DNA of 64,000 nucleotides from Deltaproteobacteria bacterium (GTDB taxonomy: Bacteria; Myxococcota; Kuafuiibacteriia; Kuafuiibacteriales; Kuafuiibacteriaceae): assembly GCA_040218735.1 (NCBI GenBank), contig JAVJQW010000057.1, forward strand, positions 96,001 to 160,000, in the 5' to 3' direction. Of the stretch, positions 35,790-46,302 are shown piece by piece; the stretch's first letter is position 1; every line of letters begins with the position of its first letter. The notes beneath the pieces were generated by a model. That model worked only from the letters and a program-made list of their open reading frames with translations, searched no databases and was not told where the DNA came from. Made by a program: the position numbers and the translations under genes.

Positions 35790-37460
35790 ATGGCCGCGCT
35801 GGCAGTCGCGCTGCTCCACTGCGGCCCCCGAGACACGCTGAATCTGGCGCACGACCTCCCCGAGGACACACGCTGGGTGGTCGTCGTCGAGCTTCGTCCC
35901 GACGGCGCCGTCGAGGTCTCGCCGCCCACCCGCGCGCTCGATCCGCTGCACTGGACTCCGCACGTCGACAGCCGCGTGTTCGTACTCGCCTACGACGCCG
36001 ACGCGCTGATGAACGCAGGCGGAACGGACGAAGCGATCCGAGGGAGCCCCTGGTTCTTGGCGTCCGAGTGTGATCCCACCCTCCCCGCTCCCCGTGTCCG
36101 TCGTGAGTTGGTCGCCGGCGCGCTCGTCGAGACCGACGAGCCGCTCCCCGCGCTGACCACCGAGTGGCTCCAGTCGCCGACGTACCTCGTGGATGCAAGG
36201 TGCGTCCGATACCCGTGCGGGACGGCGTTCGAGAGCACCGGCCGCTGCACGTTCCGTTTGACGCACGGTTCCTGCCTCGCGCCCATCGTCGACGGGACCT
36301 ACGGCGGCGGGCGCGTCCCGACGCTCGACGGCGAGGGCTGCTCGACGACGACGCCACCACCGGATGCCGTCAGCGCCGCGGTGTGTCGCGACGTCCTCGG
36401 TACGGGGTCGTGCAACCTGACGCTCTACGAAGCTGCCACCCCCGACTGGACCGTCGAATCCACGGCGATCTTCGACGTGCCGTACCGCGCCGTCGCCGGG
36501 GACACACTCCGAATCTCGTACGGCCGCGGGGGCTACCTCGTCGACGTGCTGCCGCTCGACGACGAGATCATCGTCGTGTCGCGTGCGGGCGCCTTCACCC
36601 GACGCGTCGAAGAGGCCGACTGCACGACACAGATCCACACCCTCGACCCGGAACTTCGCGAGGTGTCGACGGCGACCGCAGCGTGCATTCGTGCCATCGC
36701 CCCCGACCAGAACCCAGGCACGTTCCTCGCCGCGCTGGACGATCGTGTCGTCCGGTTCGACCGCTCCGGCGTCCCGCTGCTGTCCTCGCCGACGATCATC
36801 GTCGACGGCACCGACGCGACGACCCACGCCATCGATCTCGTCCTCGACGCCGTCAACGATACGGTCGTCGTCGCGCTGGAGGCCGACGAGGAGGAGGGGC
36901 TCGCGGCGGTCGTCACGCTCGACCTCGACGACCTTCGGCCAGTCGGTGAGGTCTACGCATTCGTCGCGCAAGTCTCGTCCATCGCGATGGGTGAGCCCGG
37001 TTACCTGCTCATGGCCGACAGCGCCTCCAACGCCGTCCTGACCCTGGAGCTCGCCTCGGGCGCCCGCTCGTCCGCGCCGGTCCCCCACTCGCGCTCGATA
37101 CACACGGCGGCGGTCGGCTACGACCCGCTTCACCACACGACGATCGCGTTGGTCTCCGACGAGGAGCGCTTCGTTCAGTTCCAGGAGGCGAGCGAGCGGA
37201 GTCAGCGGGCGCCGTACGAGATCGACGTGGGTCCGATGGCCCTCGCGCCGTTCCGTGGTGCGTTCCTGGTCGCGGGCACGACCGAACCGGGGGACGCGGC
37301 GGAGTCCTACCTGCTTCGCCTCGACGTCGAGAATCGTCGGTTCCTCCCCGGCGTGACACGCGTCGGGCGCGGTCCCGTCGCCCGACTGAAACGCGCCCCG
37401 GACGGCAGCGTCGTCGGGATGCTCTCGTGGGAAGCGTCCATCTTCCGGGTGCGTCCATGA
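35790..37460 (+). CDS. Putative lipoprotein with a Cys-rich N-terminus and beta-propeller-like C-terminus
   Basis: MAALAVALLH-C lipobox-like sequence (start uncertain, 35751-35790); beta-strand-rich repeats; ATGA overlap with the next gene. Confidence 0.65.
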   Translation: MAALAVALLHCGPRDTLNLAHDLPEDTRWVVVVELRPDGAVEVSPPTRALDPLHWTPHVDSRVFVLAYDADALMNAGGTDEAIRGSPWFLASECDPTLPAPRVRRELVAGALVETDEPLPALTTEWLQSPTYLVDARCVRYPCGTAFESTGRCTFRLTHGSCLAPIVDGTYGGGRVPTLDGEGCSTTTPPPDAVSAAVCRDVLGTGSCNLTLYEAATPDWTVESTAIFDVPYRAVAGDTLRISYGRGGYLVDVLPLDDEIIVVSRAGAFTRRVEEADCTTQIHTLDPELREVSTATAACIRAIAPDQNPGTFLAALDDRVVRFDRSGVPLLSSPTIIVDGTDATTHAIDLVLDAVNDTVVVALEADEEEGLAAVVTLDLDDLRPVGEVYAFVAQVSSIAMGEPGYLLMADSASNAVLTLELASGARSSAPVPHSRSIHTAAVGYDPLHHTTIALVSDEERFVQFQEASERSQRAPYEIDVGPMALAPFRGAFLVAGTTEPGDAAESYLLRLDVENRRFLPGVTRVGRGPVARLKRAPDGSVVGMLSWEASIFRVRP

Positions 37461-38797
37461 AGAAGACCCTCCCGGTCGACGCGCGCAGTCGACAGATCGA
37501 GACCATCGCGATCGACGTCGTCGCCGGTCCGGACGCCGGACATCGCTTCACGGCGCCGCGGGACGAGATCTCCATCGGCACCGCACCGACGAACGACCTG
37601 ATCATCTCCGACGACACCGTCTCGCGTTATCACCTGCAGCTCGAACGAAAGCCCGACGGGATCCTGTTGACGGACCTCGACTCGACCAACGGGTCCGAGG
37701 TCAACGGCATCAAGGTTCGATGCGGGCTGATCCGACCCGACTCCAAGATCCGCATCGGTCGAACCGTCCTCAACGTCACGGACGGCGCTCGGCGCGAGCT
37801 CGAGGTCCACGGCACCGGTCAGCTCGGCCGCATCCACGGTCGAAGCGAGATCATCCGGACGTTGATGGCCCGCATCCTGCGCGCCGCCGCGTCGGACGTG
37901 TCGGTGCTCATCCGCGGTGAAACCGGCACCGGCAAAGAGCTGGTGGCGCACGAGCTCCACGTGCACAGCGCACGTCGAGACCAACCCTTCGAGGTCGTCG
38001 ACTGCGCGTCCGTCCTGCCCACGCTCCTCGCCAGCGAGTTGTTCGGGCACGAGCGCGGCGCGTTCACGGGCGCCGACACGCAGCACATCGGCGCGTTCGA
38101 ACGCGCCGACGGCGGCACGTTGTTCCTCGACGAGCTCGGCGAGTTCCCCACCGCGCTGCAGTCGGCGTTGCTCGGCGCGCTGGAGCGTCGTCGGTTCCAT
38201 CGCGTCGGCGGCCGGACGCCGATCGACGTCGATGTGCGGGTGGTCTGCGCGACGAACCGTGACCTCCGCAGCGAGGTCAACGCAGGGACGTTTCGGCAGG
38301 ACCTCTACTACCGCATCGCAGTCGTATCGTTGTGGGTGCCTCCGCTGCGTGAACGTCGCGAGGACATCGAGCTCCTCGCGCAACACTTCCTGGAGCGATC
38401 CGGACACGGCTCTGCGCTCCTCACGCCCGAGATCCTCTCCAGCTTCCAGAGCTACTTCTGGCCGGGGAACGTGCGCGAGCTGAAGAACACGCTGGAGGCT
38501 GCGGTCGCGATGGGCGAGGCACCGCGACTCACGTCGACGGACGGCGGCGCACCGCCCGCGGCCGCGGCGGACCTACCGAACGTGACGCTCGGTGACGCCT
38601 CGGAGCAGCCGTTCAACGAGGCGCGGATGTCCACGATCGAAGCCTTCGAGATCGCATACCTGAACCAGCTCCTCGGACGACACGACGACAACGTGTCCCG
38701 CGCCGCCGAGGCCGCGGGCATTCACCGCTCGTACCTCACGAAGCTCCTCCGTCGTCACAAGGGCAGAGTCCGTCGACCTCGTCGGGGCTCCGAATGA
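37457..38797 (+). CDS. FHA-domain sigma54 enhancer-binding protein (Fis-type HTH)
   Basis: FHA (VSRYH, DLDSTNGS); GETGTGKE, ELFGHERGAFTGA, FLDELGE, FRQDLYYR, WPGNVREL; HTH NVSRAAEAAGIHRSYL. Confidence 0.93.
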   Translation: MKKTLPVDARSRQIETIAIDVVAGPDAGHRFTAPRDEISIGTAPTNDLIISDDTVSRYHLQLERKPDGILLTDLDSTNGSEVNGIKVRCGLIRPDSKIRIGRTVLNVTDGARRELEVHGTGQLGRIHGRSEIIRTLMARILRAAASDVSVLIRGETGTGKELVAHELHVHSARRDQPFEVVDCASVLPTLLASELFGHERGAFTGADTQHIGAFERADGGTLFLDELGEFPTALQSALLGALERRRFHRVGGRTPIDVDVRVVCATNRDLRSEVNAGTFRQDLYYRIAVVSLWVPPLRERREDIELLAQHFLERSGHGSALLTPEILSSFQSYFWPGNVRELKNTLEAAVAMGEAPRLTSTDGGAPPAAAADLPNVTLGDASEQPFNEARMSTIEAFEIAYLNQLLGRHDDNVSRAAEAAGIHRSYLTKLLRRHKGRVRRPRRGSE

Positions 38798-40296
38798 CCA
38801 AGAACCCGTTCGAGCTCCTCCAGCCCGACCTCGGGTTCGATCCCCCGTCGTCGCCGACACCCGACGGGACCCGCGTGTTCGAGGAACAGACCGCGGACAC
38901 CCTCTCCAACTTCGAACCCTCGGACTCCACGTCCCCCGATCCGTGGCTCGGCCGGGTCGTGTCGGGATGCCGCTTCCAGAGCTACCTGGCGTCCGGTGGC
39001 CACGCGAACGTCTACCGAGGCGTGCACCTCGAAACCGGCGCGGCCGTCGCCATCAAGGTGCTTCGGCCCGACGCCGCCACGCGCGGCGAGCTCCGCCGAC
39101 GTTTTCTCCGCGAGGCGCAGGCCCTCGCGGCGCTCGCGTCCCAGCCGGGGATCGTGCGCATCCGTGACTTTGGTTCGAACGAGGTCGGTCCGTACGTGGT
39201 GTTGGACTTGGTCGCCGGCTCGTCCCTCGACGAGCACCTCCGCACTTCGGGTGCGCTGGAGCCAGAGCACGTCTTCGCGATTGGCGCGCAGATCGCGGAG
39301 TCGCTCGCGGCCGTCCACGCCGCGGGCCTCGCTCACCGAGACCTCAAGCCGGGCAACGTCGTCGTCGATGCCGAGCTGTCCCGCGCGACGCTCGTCGACT
39401 TCGGCTTGGTCTCACACGTCCACGACGAAGAGACGCGCCTGACCTTCGTCGGCGCGAGGATCGGAACGCCGGGTTTCCTCCCGCCCGAGCCTCGCACCGG
39501 CGACGCCGGCGATCCGGCGCGCGACTGCTTCGCGCTCGGGAGGACACTTCAGTGTATGGCGACCGGCGTCCGTGAGCCCGACGAAGCCGCGCTTGTCCCG
39601 CTCGATCCACGTCTGCAACGGATCGTCGCTCGGCTCGTCACTTCGAACCCCGCGGCTCGGGCAACGGCGCAGGATGCGCTCGTGGAGCTTCGGCGCCTCG
39701 CGCGTGGGCGGGTTCGACGCGGCGTCGGCGGGTGGACCGCAGCGATGCTCGTCGTACCCGTCGCCGCAATCGCCGTAGCGTATCTTTGGAGCCCCGAACG
39801 CGAAGAACGGCCCCGCCCCTCCGCACCGACGGCGCCCGCGCCCCGCGTCGAGATCGTCCCGCGCGAGCCGCCGACCGAACCCGTGAAGCTGGAGCCGAAG
39901 TCCGTCGAGGCGCCACCACGACGCCGACGACCCCGCGTGGCGCGGCCCAAGACCGAACCGGACAAACGCGCGTCGGCGCGCCGGGCGCTCCGCGCGCGCG
40001 GGCTCAGAATGGCCGACATCGAGCACCTACACCTGGATCCTGCGTCGGGCGCGTCGTTCGCCCGGGCGATCGAAACGCTGACGATCGATCGCCGTATGGT
40101 CGCGTCGCGCCTCGACCGCGTGGCCTCGAAGCTGTCGCGACTCGCGAACGCGGAGCCAGGCAAGGTGCAGCCCCTGGAGCTCATCTACTTTCGGCTCCGC
40201 AAGGCCTCCACGGAGAATGCCGTGCAGCCCGAGGCGTTGATGAGGGACGTCGACGCATTCGAGCGGCGCCTCGACACGTCCGGGTCCGCTCTCTAG
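38794..40296 (+). CDS. Membrane-anchored Ser/Thr protein kinase
   Basis: VAIK, RFLREA, HRDLKPGN, DFG and GTPGFLPPE motifs; TM WTAAMLVVPVAAIAVAYLW; ATGA overlap. Confidence 0.9.
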   Translation: MTKNPFELLQPDLGFDPPSSPTPDGTRVFEEQTADTLSNFEPSDSTSPDPWLGRVVSGCRFQSYLASGGHANVYRGVHLETGAAVAIKVLRPDAATRGELRRRFLREAQALAALASQPGIVRIRDFGSNEVGPYVVLDLVAGSSLDEHLRTSGALEPEHVFAIGAQIAESLAAVHAAGLAHRDLKPGNVVVDAELSRATLVDFGLVSHVHDEETRLTFVGARIGTPGFLPPEPRTGDAGDPARDCFALGRTLQCMATGVREPDEAALVPLDPRLQRIVARLVTSNPAARATAQDALVELRRLARGRVRRGVGGWTAAMLVVPVAAIAVAYLWSPEREERPRPSAPTAPAPRVEIVPREPPTEPVKLEPKSVEAPPRRRRPRVARPKTEPDKRASARRALRARGLRMADIEHLHLDPASGASFARAIETLTIDRRMVASRLDRVASKLSRLANAEPGKVQPLELIYFRLRKASTENAVQPEALMRDVDAFERRLDTSGSAL

Positions 40297-40334
40297 CCAG
40301 CGCTCGCGACGTTTGGCATGAAGCGGGCTGCACG

Positions 40335-40925
40335 ATGAAGAACACACACCGCCCCGACCTCTTCATGTGGTCGCGCTTCGACGAGGCGCGCAACGTCGAC
40401 TTCAACGCGCTCGCGTGGATCCGCGAGGGCGGAAACGTGCTGATCGATCCGCTGCCGATGAGCGATCACGACCGCGCGCACCTCGAGTCGCTGGGCGGTG
40501 CGAAGCACATCGTCGTGACCAACTCGGATCACCTCCGCGACGCCGCGGCGCTCGCGGAGGGCTTCGATGCGGAGCTCGCGGGGCCCGCGCAGGAGCCCGA
40601 CCTCGCCGTCGCGCGGCGCCTCGCGGAGGGCGACGAGGTCGTCCCCGGGTTGAAGGTCTTCGAGCTCGATGGCTCCAAGACGCCGGGGGAGCTCGCGCTG
40701 CTCCTCGAAGACCGCACGCTGATCACCGGCGATCTCATCCGCGCACACCGCGGCGGTGAGCTGATGATCCTCCCGCCCGACAAACTCACCGACCGCGACG
40801 CCGCGCGGAAGAGCGTGCGGCGGATGGCGGCGCTCGTCGGCCTCGATGCCGTGCTCGTCGGCGACGGCTGGCCGGTCTTCACCAGCGGCGGCCTCGCGCT
40901 CGCCGCCCTCGCCGCGATGCTGTGA
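40335..40925 (+). CDS. MBL-fold hydrolase with a variant metal motif
   Basis: ATG 40335; NVLIDP, VTNSDHLR, GSKTPGE, LITGD and LVGDG motifs. Confidence 0.8.
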   Translation: MKNTHRPDLFMWSRFDEARNVDFNALAWIREGGNVLIDPLPMSDHDRAHLESLGGAKHIVVTNSDHLRDAAALAEGFDAELAGPAQEPDLAVARRLAEGDEVVPGLKVFELDGSKTPGELALLLEDRTLITGDLIRAHRGGELMILPPDKLTDRDAARKSVRRMAALVGLDAVLVGDGWPVFTSGGLALAALAAML

Positions 40926-40929
40926 CCGT

Positions 40930-43900
40930 TCAGTCCTTCGTCTTGATGCGCGCGGAGCTCGGGTCGCGCTCCAGCTCCAACCCGGCGCGCTCCGCCTCCG
41001 CGATGATCGCCTGACAGCTCCACCGCTCGAGGTAACGCTGCCGGCCCTTGCGCTCGAGCCGGCTCGCGATGCTGTCGAGGTGATCCACGGCGCGGCGCAT
41101 GCGTTTCTTCACGTCCGCTGCGGAGGCCCCCGTCAGCTGCAGCACACGCGCGTCCGCGTAGAGGAGCCACGGCGGCTCGTCACCGTGGACCGCGCCCTCC
41201 TGCGCAAACCTCGCCATCGACGCTGCGCTCGACTTCTTCGCGCGCACGTCGTCGCCGCGGAGCGCGAGCACCACCGCGAGCGCCATCTGCAGCGCGACAG
41301 ACAGCGACGGCTCCTCGGTCGCCGCGCTCCCCAACGCACGCTCCAGGTGCGCCTCGACCGTCGCGAGCCGACGCGAAGTCGCGCGAACCTCTCCGCTCCC
41401 CGCGCGCGAGCGGAGCATCTGCCCCTGCACGAGCGACGAGAGCCGACGCACCGCCCCGAGCTGACGTACGTCCTCTGCGAGATCGTAGATCCCGTCGAGC
41501 CGCTCGAAGGCCTCCTCGTGTCGAAGCTCCTCCGCGAGGAGGCGCGCTTCGTGGACGCGGAGCAAGAGCCTACGCTCGCGATCGAACGCGACCCGCTTGG
41601 CGTCCTGCAGGTACTCGCGAGCGCGTGCGACGTCACCGACGAGGCGCGCGACGTCGGCCAGCCCGACGTTCGTCGTGAAGGTGAGGTCGTGGTCGCGCAT
41701 CGACACCGCGTGGACCAGCGATCCGCGGAAGCGGTTCTCCGCCGTCCGATAGTCGCCGGACGCCACCGCGATGCGCGCGAGACCGAGCGCGACCCGCGCC
41801 AGACCGTTTGCGTCCTCCTTCGGGTCGAGTTTGCTCTGCGCAACCAGATAACTCCGCAGCGCACCGCGCCCGTCGCCCAACGCCTCCGACGCCTCCGCGC
41901 GGGCGAGCTCGGCGGCCGCCAACCCGGACTCGTCGCCCAGCGCTGCGAAGGCCTCCCGCGCGCCGTCGGCCTCGACCACCGCCTCCTCGTAGCGCTTGGA
42001 CAGCCGAGCCAGACGCGTTCGCCTCAGTAGAATCTGGGCCTGCTGCGGGGACGAGGTGGCGAGATCCGACAGCCGGTCGAGCGCCTCCCGCCCCACGTCC
42101 CAGTCGCCGCTCACGATCGACACCTGCTCTTGGATGTCGAGCGCCTGCCGCACGAGGTCGGGCGCTTCGTGGCCTTCGAGGTTCGACAGCGCCGCTTCGA
42201 TCAACACCCGCGCCGACTCCGGATCGCCCAACTCCAGCGCGCGGGTCGCCGCCTGCATGTAGCGGAGCGCGGCGCGATCCGGCTGACCGCTCTGGGCGTA
42301 GTGGCCCGCGAGCACCGCGGAGTCGTGCTCACGCACGGACTCGAGGTACTCGATGACCTTTCGTTCGAACTCACGTCTTCGCGGGCGCTTGAGCCGCGCG
42401 AGCGCGACGCTGCGAATGACGGCGTGCGTGAACTCCATCTCCGTCGCGCCGCGGTAGCGCGACACCTGACGACGTCGAATGAGGTTCGCGAGGATCAGGC
42501 GATCGAAGTCGAGCTGCACCTCGTCGATCGGGCGGTCCAGCGCAGCCGCGACCCCCTCCGACCAGAACACCTCGCCGAACACCGCGGCGGCGGAGAGGAG
42601 GCGCTGCTCGCGGTTGCTCCGACCGAGGATCCGCTCGCTGACCGCGGCGGCGATCGTCTGCGGGAGGTCGCCGTCCGACGAGGTGTCCGAGAACCTCAGC
42701 TCGCCGTCCGCGAGCACCAACAGGCCCTTCGCCTGCGCGGCGTACACGAGCTGCTCCAGGTACAGCGGGTTGCCGCGCGCGCGCTGGACGAACGCCTCCA
42801 GGGCGTCGCTGTCGATCTCTCGGTCGACGACGCTCCGGACGAGCTCCCGCGCCGGGCGGTTCTCGAGCGGGTCGAGCTCGATCACCTCCGCCGTCATCTG
42901 CTCCACGTCGGCGAGCGGCCACTTGGGGCGTTCGTCGGCGTCGATGAAGTGCGGGAGGCTGAACCCGATCAGGCTGAACGGCACCGACGAGGTCGGGCCC
43001 AACATGTCCGCGAAGACGGCGGCGGTCTGGCGATCGAGGAGGTGGACGTCGTCGACGATCACGATCATCCCGTCCGGTGAAGACATCGCGCGGAGCACCA
43101 ACCCGATCGCGCGACGCAGCTGCTCACCGAGCAACCGTGCGTTGCCCTTCGCCGCGATGACCGGCGGGATCTCCGGGTAGTCGATGCCGAGCGCCTCACA
43201 CGTGAACGCCGCGACCGTCGCGCGCTCGGCTTCCGCGTCCTCGAGGAGGGCGTCGGACCGAGGTCGCGACGACTCGAGGTCGCCGCGGTAGAACAACGTC
43301 CGCCCGGCGTCACGCATGCCGATGCGTGGTCCGGCCGCCTCGGAGCCGGTCTCGACGTCGAGCAGCGCCGACAGGTGTTCGGGCGTGGGGACGATCGCGA
43401 GGATCTTGTCGCGCCGGGCGCGGTCGTCGTCGTTCGACTGAATTTGCGCCGCACGAAAGAGGATCTTCCGCACGTACCCGAACGGGGTGTTCTGCATCGC
43501 CTCTTCGGCGCGCCCCGCGAACACCCGCGGAGGTTTGGCGGTTCGCCGCACGAGCCGCGACAGCTCCGTGCGCACACGTGTCTTGCCGATCCCCGCCGGA
43601 CCGATAACCAGCGTGTACGACGGGCGCGCGGTCGTGAGCGGCGTGAGCGCTCGCGAGCGCAAACGCTCGATCTGATCCACGCGACCGAAGATCCGCGCGC
43701 CGGGGATGTGGTCGACGTACGAGAGCGGCTCCGGTCCATCGAGCGCGTCGATCGGTTGGGGCGTGAACGTCGGGTCGGACGCCTCGTACTCCAGCGCGTC
43801 GATGACGCTGAGGGTCTCCTCGCTCCCCGCGTCGAAGGACTGCGCCCCGATCAGCGGCTGCTCGCTGGTGCTGGCGAGGGCCTCCAGCGACATCGTGTCC

Positions 43901-44862
43901 GCGGCGTCGTCTTCTTCGTCGTCGTCCTCGACCGCGTTGGTGTCGGTGACGTCCATCGTCTCCGCGCGGAGCATCGACGCCACGGTGCGCGGAGCGTAGA
44001 CGCGGTCGAGGTCGGCGTCGGCGAGCGCATCGAGGCATCCGAGCGCGAGCTTCTGCACCGTGGAGGCGCCGTCGATGCGCGCGTCCGGGTCGCGCCGCAG
44101 CATCGCGTCGACGAGATCCTGCACCGGCTTCGGCGTATCCGGGCAGGCCACGGCGAGCGGCATCGCGTCGTCGATCAGGATGCGCGCGAGCCGAGCGAGA
44201 TCCGAGCCGCTGGTCCACGGGAGCTTCCCGGCGATCAGCTCGAACGCGAGCACCCCCAGGCTGTAGACGTCGGCGCGACCGTCGACCGTCTTCGCCGCGT
44301 TTGCCTGCTCGGGCGCCATGTAACTCGGCGTCCCCAGGATGGCGCCCGCGCGGGTGAGCTGCGCGATCGACTCCGCGACCTTCGCGACGCCGAAGTCGAG
44401 CACGCGGCTGTCCGGTTTGGCGCCGACCTCCGGGGAGAGCAGGTAGACGTTCGCGGGTTTGATGTCGCGGTGGATGATGCCCTGCGCGTGCGCCGTCGCG
44501 AGCGCGTCCGCGACCTGCTGCACGATCTCGAGCGACTGCCTCAGCGTGAGCGGCGCACGCAGGATGAAGTCGGCGAGGTCCTCCCCCTGAAGCCACTCGA
44601 GGACGAGGAACATCCGCGCCTCGCCGAGCTGGCCCGCGTCGTGGCACCCGACGATGTGCGGGTGCGACAGCGCGGTGAGGATCTCCATCTCCCGCTCGAT
44701 GCGGCGACGCAGCGCCTCCTCGGCGCCGTGCACGTTGATGATCTTGACCGCGACGGTGCGGCCGACCTCCAGGTCACGGCCGCGATAGACGACGCTGATG
44801 CCGCCCGTGCGGACGACGCCCTCGAGCTCGTACCGCCCCGCGATGGTCTCCTTCGGGCGCAA
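40930..44862 (-). CDS. Ser/Thr kinase - P-loop ATPase - TPR-like multidomain protein
   Basis: Probable TTG start (LRPKETIAGRY). VAVK, HRDIKPAN, DFG, GTPSYMAPE; Walker A GPAGIGKT, Walker B IVIVDDVH, GNPLYL, FTHAVIR; helical repeats at the C-terminus. Confidence 0.9.
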   Translation of the reverse strand: MRPKETIAGRYELEGVVRTGGISVVYRGRDLEVGRTVAVKIINVHGAEEALRRRIEREMEILTALSHPHIVGCHDAGQLGEARMFLVLEWLQGEDLADFILRAPLTLRQSLEIVQQVADALATAHAQGIIHRDIKPANVYLLSPEVGAKPDSRVLDFGVAKVAESIAQLTRAGAILGTPSYMAPEQANAAKTVDGRADVYSLGVLAFELIAGKLPWTSGSDLARLARILIDDAMPLAVACPDTPKPVQDLVDAMLRRDPDARIDGASTVQKLALGCLDALADADLDRVYAPRTVASMLRAETMDVTDTNAVEDDDEEDDAADTMSLEALASTSEQPLIGAQSFDAGSEETLSVIDALEYEASDPTFTPQPIDALDGPEPLSYVDHIPGARIFGRVDQIERLRSRALTPLTTARPSYTLVIGPAGIGKTRVRTELSRLVRRTAKPPRVFAGRAEEAMQNTPFGYVRKILFRAAQIQSNDDDRARRDKILAIVPTPEHLSALLDVETGSEAAGPRIGMRDAGRTLFYRGDLESSRPRSDALLEDAEAERATVAAFTCEALGIDYPEIPPVIAAKGNARLLGEQLRRAIGLVLRAMSSPDGMIVIVDDVHLLDRQTAAVFADMLGPTSSVPFSLIGFSLPHFIDADERPKWPLADVEQMTAEVIELDPLENRPARELVRSVVDREIDSDALEAFVQRARGNPLYLEQLVYAAQAKGLLVLADGELRFSDTSSDGDLPQTIAAAVSERILGRSNREQRLLSAAAVFGEVFWSEGVAAALDRPIDEVQLDFDRLILANLIRRRQVSRYRGATEMEFTHAVIRSVALARLKRPRRREFERKVIEYLESVREHDSAVLAGHYAQSGQPDRAALRYMQAATRALELGDPESARVLIEAALSNLEGHEAPDLVRQALDIQEQVSIVSGDWDVGREALDRLSDLATSSPQQAQILLRRTRLARLSKRYEEAVVEADGAREAFAALGDESGLAAAELARAEASEALGDGRGALRSYLVAQSKLDPKEDANGLARVALGLARIAVASGDYRTAENRFRGSLVHAVSMRDHDLTFTTNVGLADVARLVGDVARAREYLQDAKRVAFDRERRLLLRVHEARLLAEELRHEEAFERLDGIYDLAEDVRQLGAVRRLSSLVQGQMLRSRAGSGEVRATSRRLATVEAHLERALGSAATEEPSLSVALQMALAVVLALRGDDVRAKKSSAASMARFAQEGAVHGDEPPWLLYADARVLQLTGASAADVKKRMRRAVDHLDSIASRLERKGRQRYLERWSCQAIIAEAERAGLELERDPSSARIKTKD

Positions 44863-44956
44863 CCTTTCGGATGCTAGTGAAAAACCGAACGCGCCACAAA
44901 GGCGGCGCCCGCCGTCCTTGCCGTGGCCGACCCGAGCCGCTAACGCGGGGTCGTAG

Positions 44957-46297
44957 ATGTCCGAAGACGCCCTGCCCCCGGAAGGCGCACCGCCGCCCAT
45001 CCCCCCGGCCGAGCTCCCCGAGGAGGAGCTGCGGCGCCTCGTCGACGAAGGGCGTATCGCGGAGATCGAACGTGTCCTCCGCGAGCAGAACGTCCGCCTC
45101 CCGCAGGTCCTCGACCAACTCGAACGCGTCCTCGCCGAGGACCTCGGCAACCTCGCGACCGCGATGGTGTCGATGTTGATCGGCCGCTTCCACGTGGCGC
45201 GCGCGAGTCAGCTCGCGGAGCGTGTGTTGTCGCGGGCCGACACCGCCGGAGCGGACGCGCTCGCGGATCTCGCGGCGGCGCTGATGCAGCAGGAGCGCCT
45301 CATCACCGCGCGCAAGGTGGTGGACGCCGCGCTCGAACGCGACCCCCGCCACGACCGAGCGTTGTACCTGTCGGCGCGTATCTTCGCGCGACGCGGTCGG
45401 CTCGACGACGCCTTCACGTCCATCGCGAAGGTGAACCCGAAGGTGCTCGAAGCCCACGGCCTCTTGCACCAAGCGCGCTACGCCCTGCTCACAGGTCGCG
45501 ACAAGGCGTACGCGTCCGCGCTGTCGCTCGCGAAGAAGGCGGGCAAGAACGACGACACCTTCGACCCGTCCGGCGTGGAGGCGCTCGCGAAGCGCCTGCA
45601 GATCGCGTCGGTGGATCCCACGCAGCCGATGACGCTCCGAACGTCGATGGCGCTCGAGTACGGGAGCGCCCTCGTCGAGGTCGAGCGCTCCGGCGTGGAC
45701 GGCGGGCGCTTCGACATGGAGCCGATGGCCTACGCGGACCTCGGGCCGCTGGTGCGCCGAATGGTCTCGACGATCCGCGCGATGGGCGCGCCGCTGACGA
45801 TGTTCTACCACGCGACGGAGGACGGCGAGATCGTCGCTGCGGCGATGAGCCAGATCGCCGAGGTCCCGTACCGCGAGTGGGCGAGCACCCGCGACGTCGA
45901 GGACGGCGCGTGGCTCGTGATGGGCTCGGCGAGCACACACCCGCACCTCGACAACAAGTCGGTGCGCTGGCTCGGCGAAGCGTTGAGCGGCGGGATGCTG
46001 CGGACGGCGGCGCTGATCATGCCCTGCGGTTGGCGCGGTCCGATCGTCCCCGACGTCATCGGCCGCATCACCGGCGACGACGAGCTGCCGTGGGCGATCG
46101 ACGACGAAGTCGAGGACACCGTCGAGCTCATCTTCGAGCCGGACGACGACGCACGCGAGGACGCGGCGCAGGACGACGAGGTCCTCGAGCGACACCTCGA
46201 ACGGTTCGGCGGGATCTTCCGCGCCACGCAACCCGAGCCGCGCGACGGGCACGTGCCCTTCCACGACGAGACGCCGGTCGCCCGCCGCGACGTGTAA
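44957..46297 (+). CDS. Hypothetical TPR-like protein
   Basis: ALERDPRHDRALYLSARIFARRGRLDDA (TPR-like); acidic C-terminus; divergent from the kinase gene. Confidence 0.75.
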   Translation: MSEDALPPEGAPPPIPPAELPEEELRRLVDEGRIAEIERVLREQNVRLPQVLDQLERVLAEDLGNLATAMVSMLIGRFHVARASQLAERVLSRADTAGADALADLAAALMQQERLITARKVVDAALERDPRHDRALYLSARIFARRGRLDDAFTSIAKVNPKVLEAHGLLHQARYALLTGRDKAYASALSLAKKAGKNDDTFDPSGVEALAKRLQIASVDPTQPMTLRTSMALEYGSALVEVERSGVDGGRFDMEPMAYADLGPLVRRMVSTIRAMGAPLTMFYHATEDGEIVAAAMSQIAEVPYREWASTRDVEDGAWLVMGSASTHPHLDNKSVRWLGEALSGGMLRTAALIMPCGWRGPIVPDVIGRITGDDELPWAIDDEVEDTVELIFEPDDDAREDAAQDDEVLERHLERFGGIFRATQPEPRDGHVPFHDETPVARRDV

Positions 46298-46302
46298 TCG
46301 AC

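Noticed and set aside
40314-40329. TGGCATGAAGCGGGCT as a sigma54 promoter
   Set aside because: Poor -12 element, and the predicted TSS would fall inside the coding sequence after ATG 40335.
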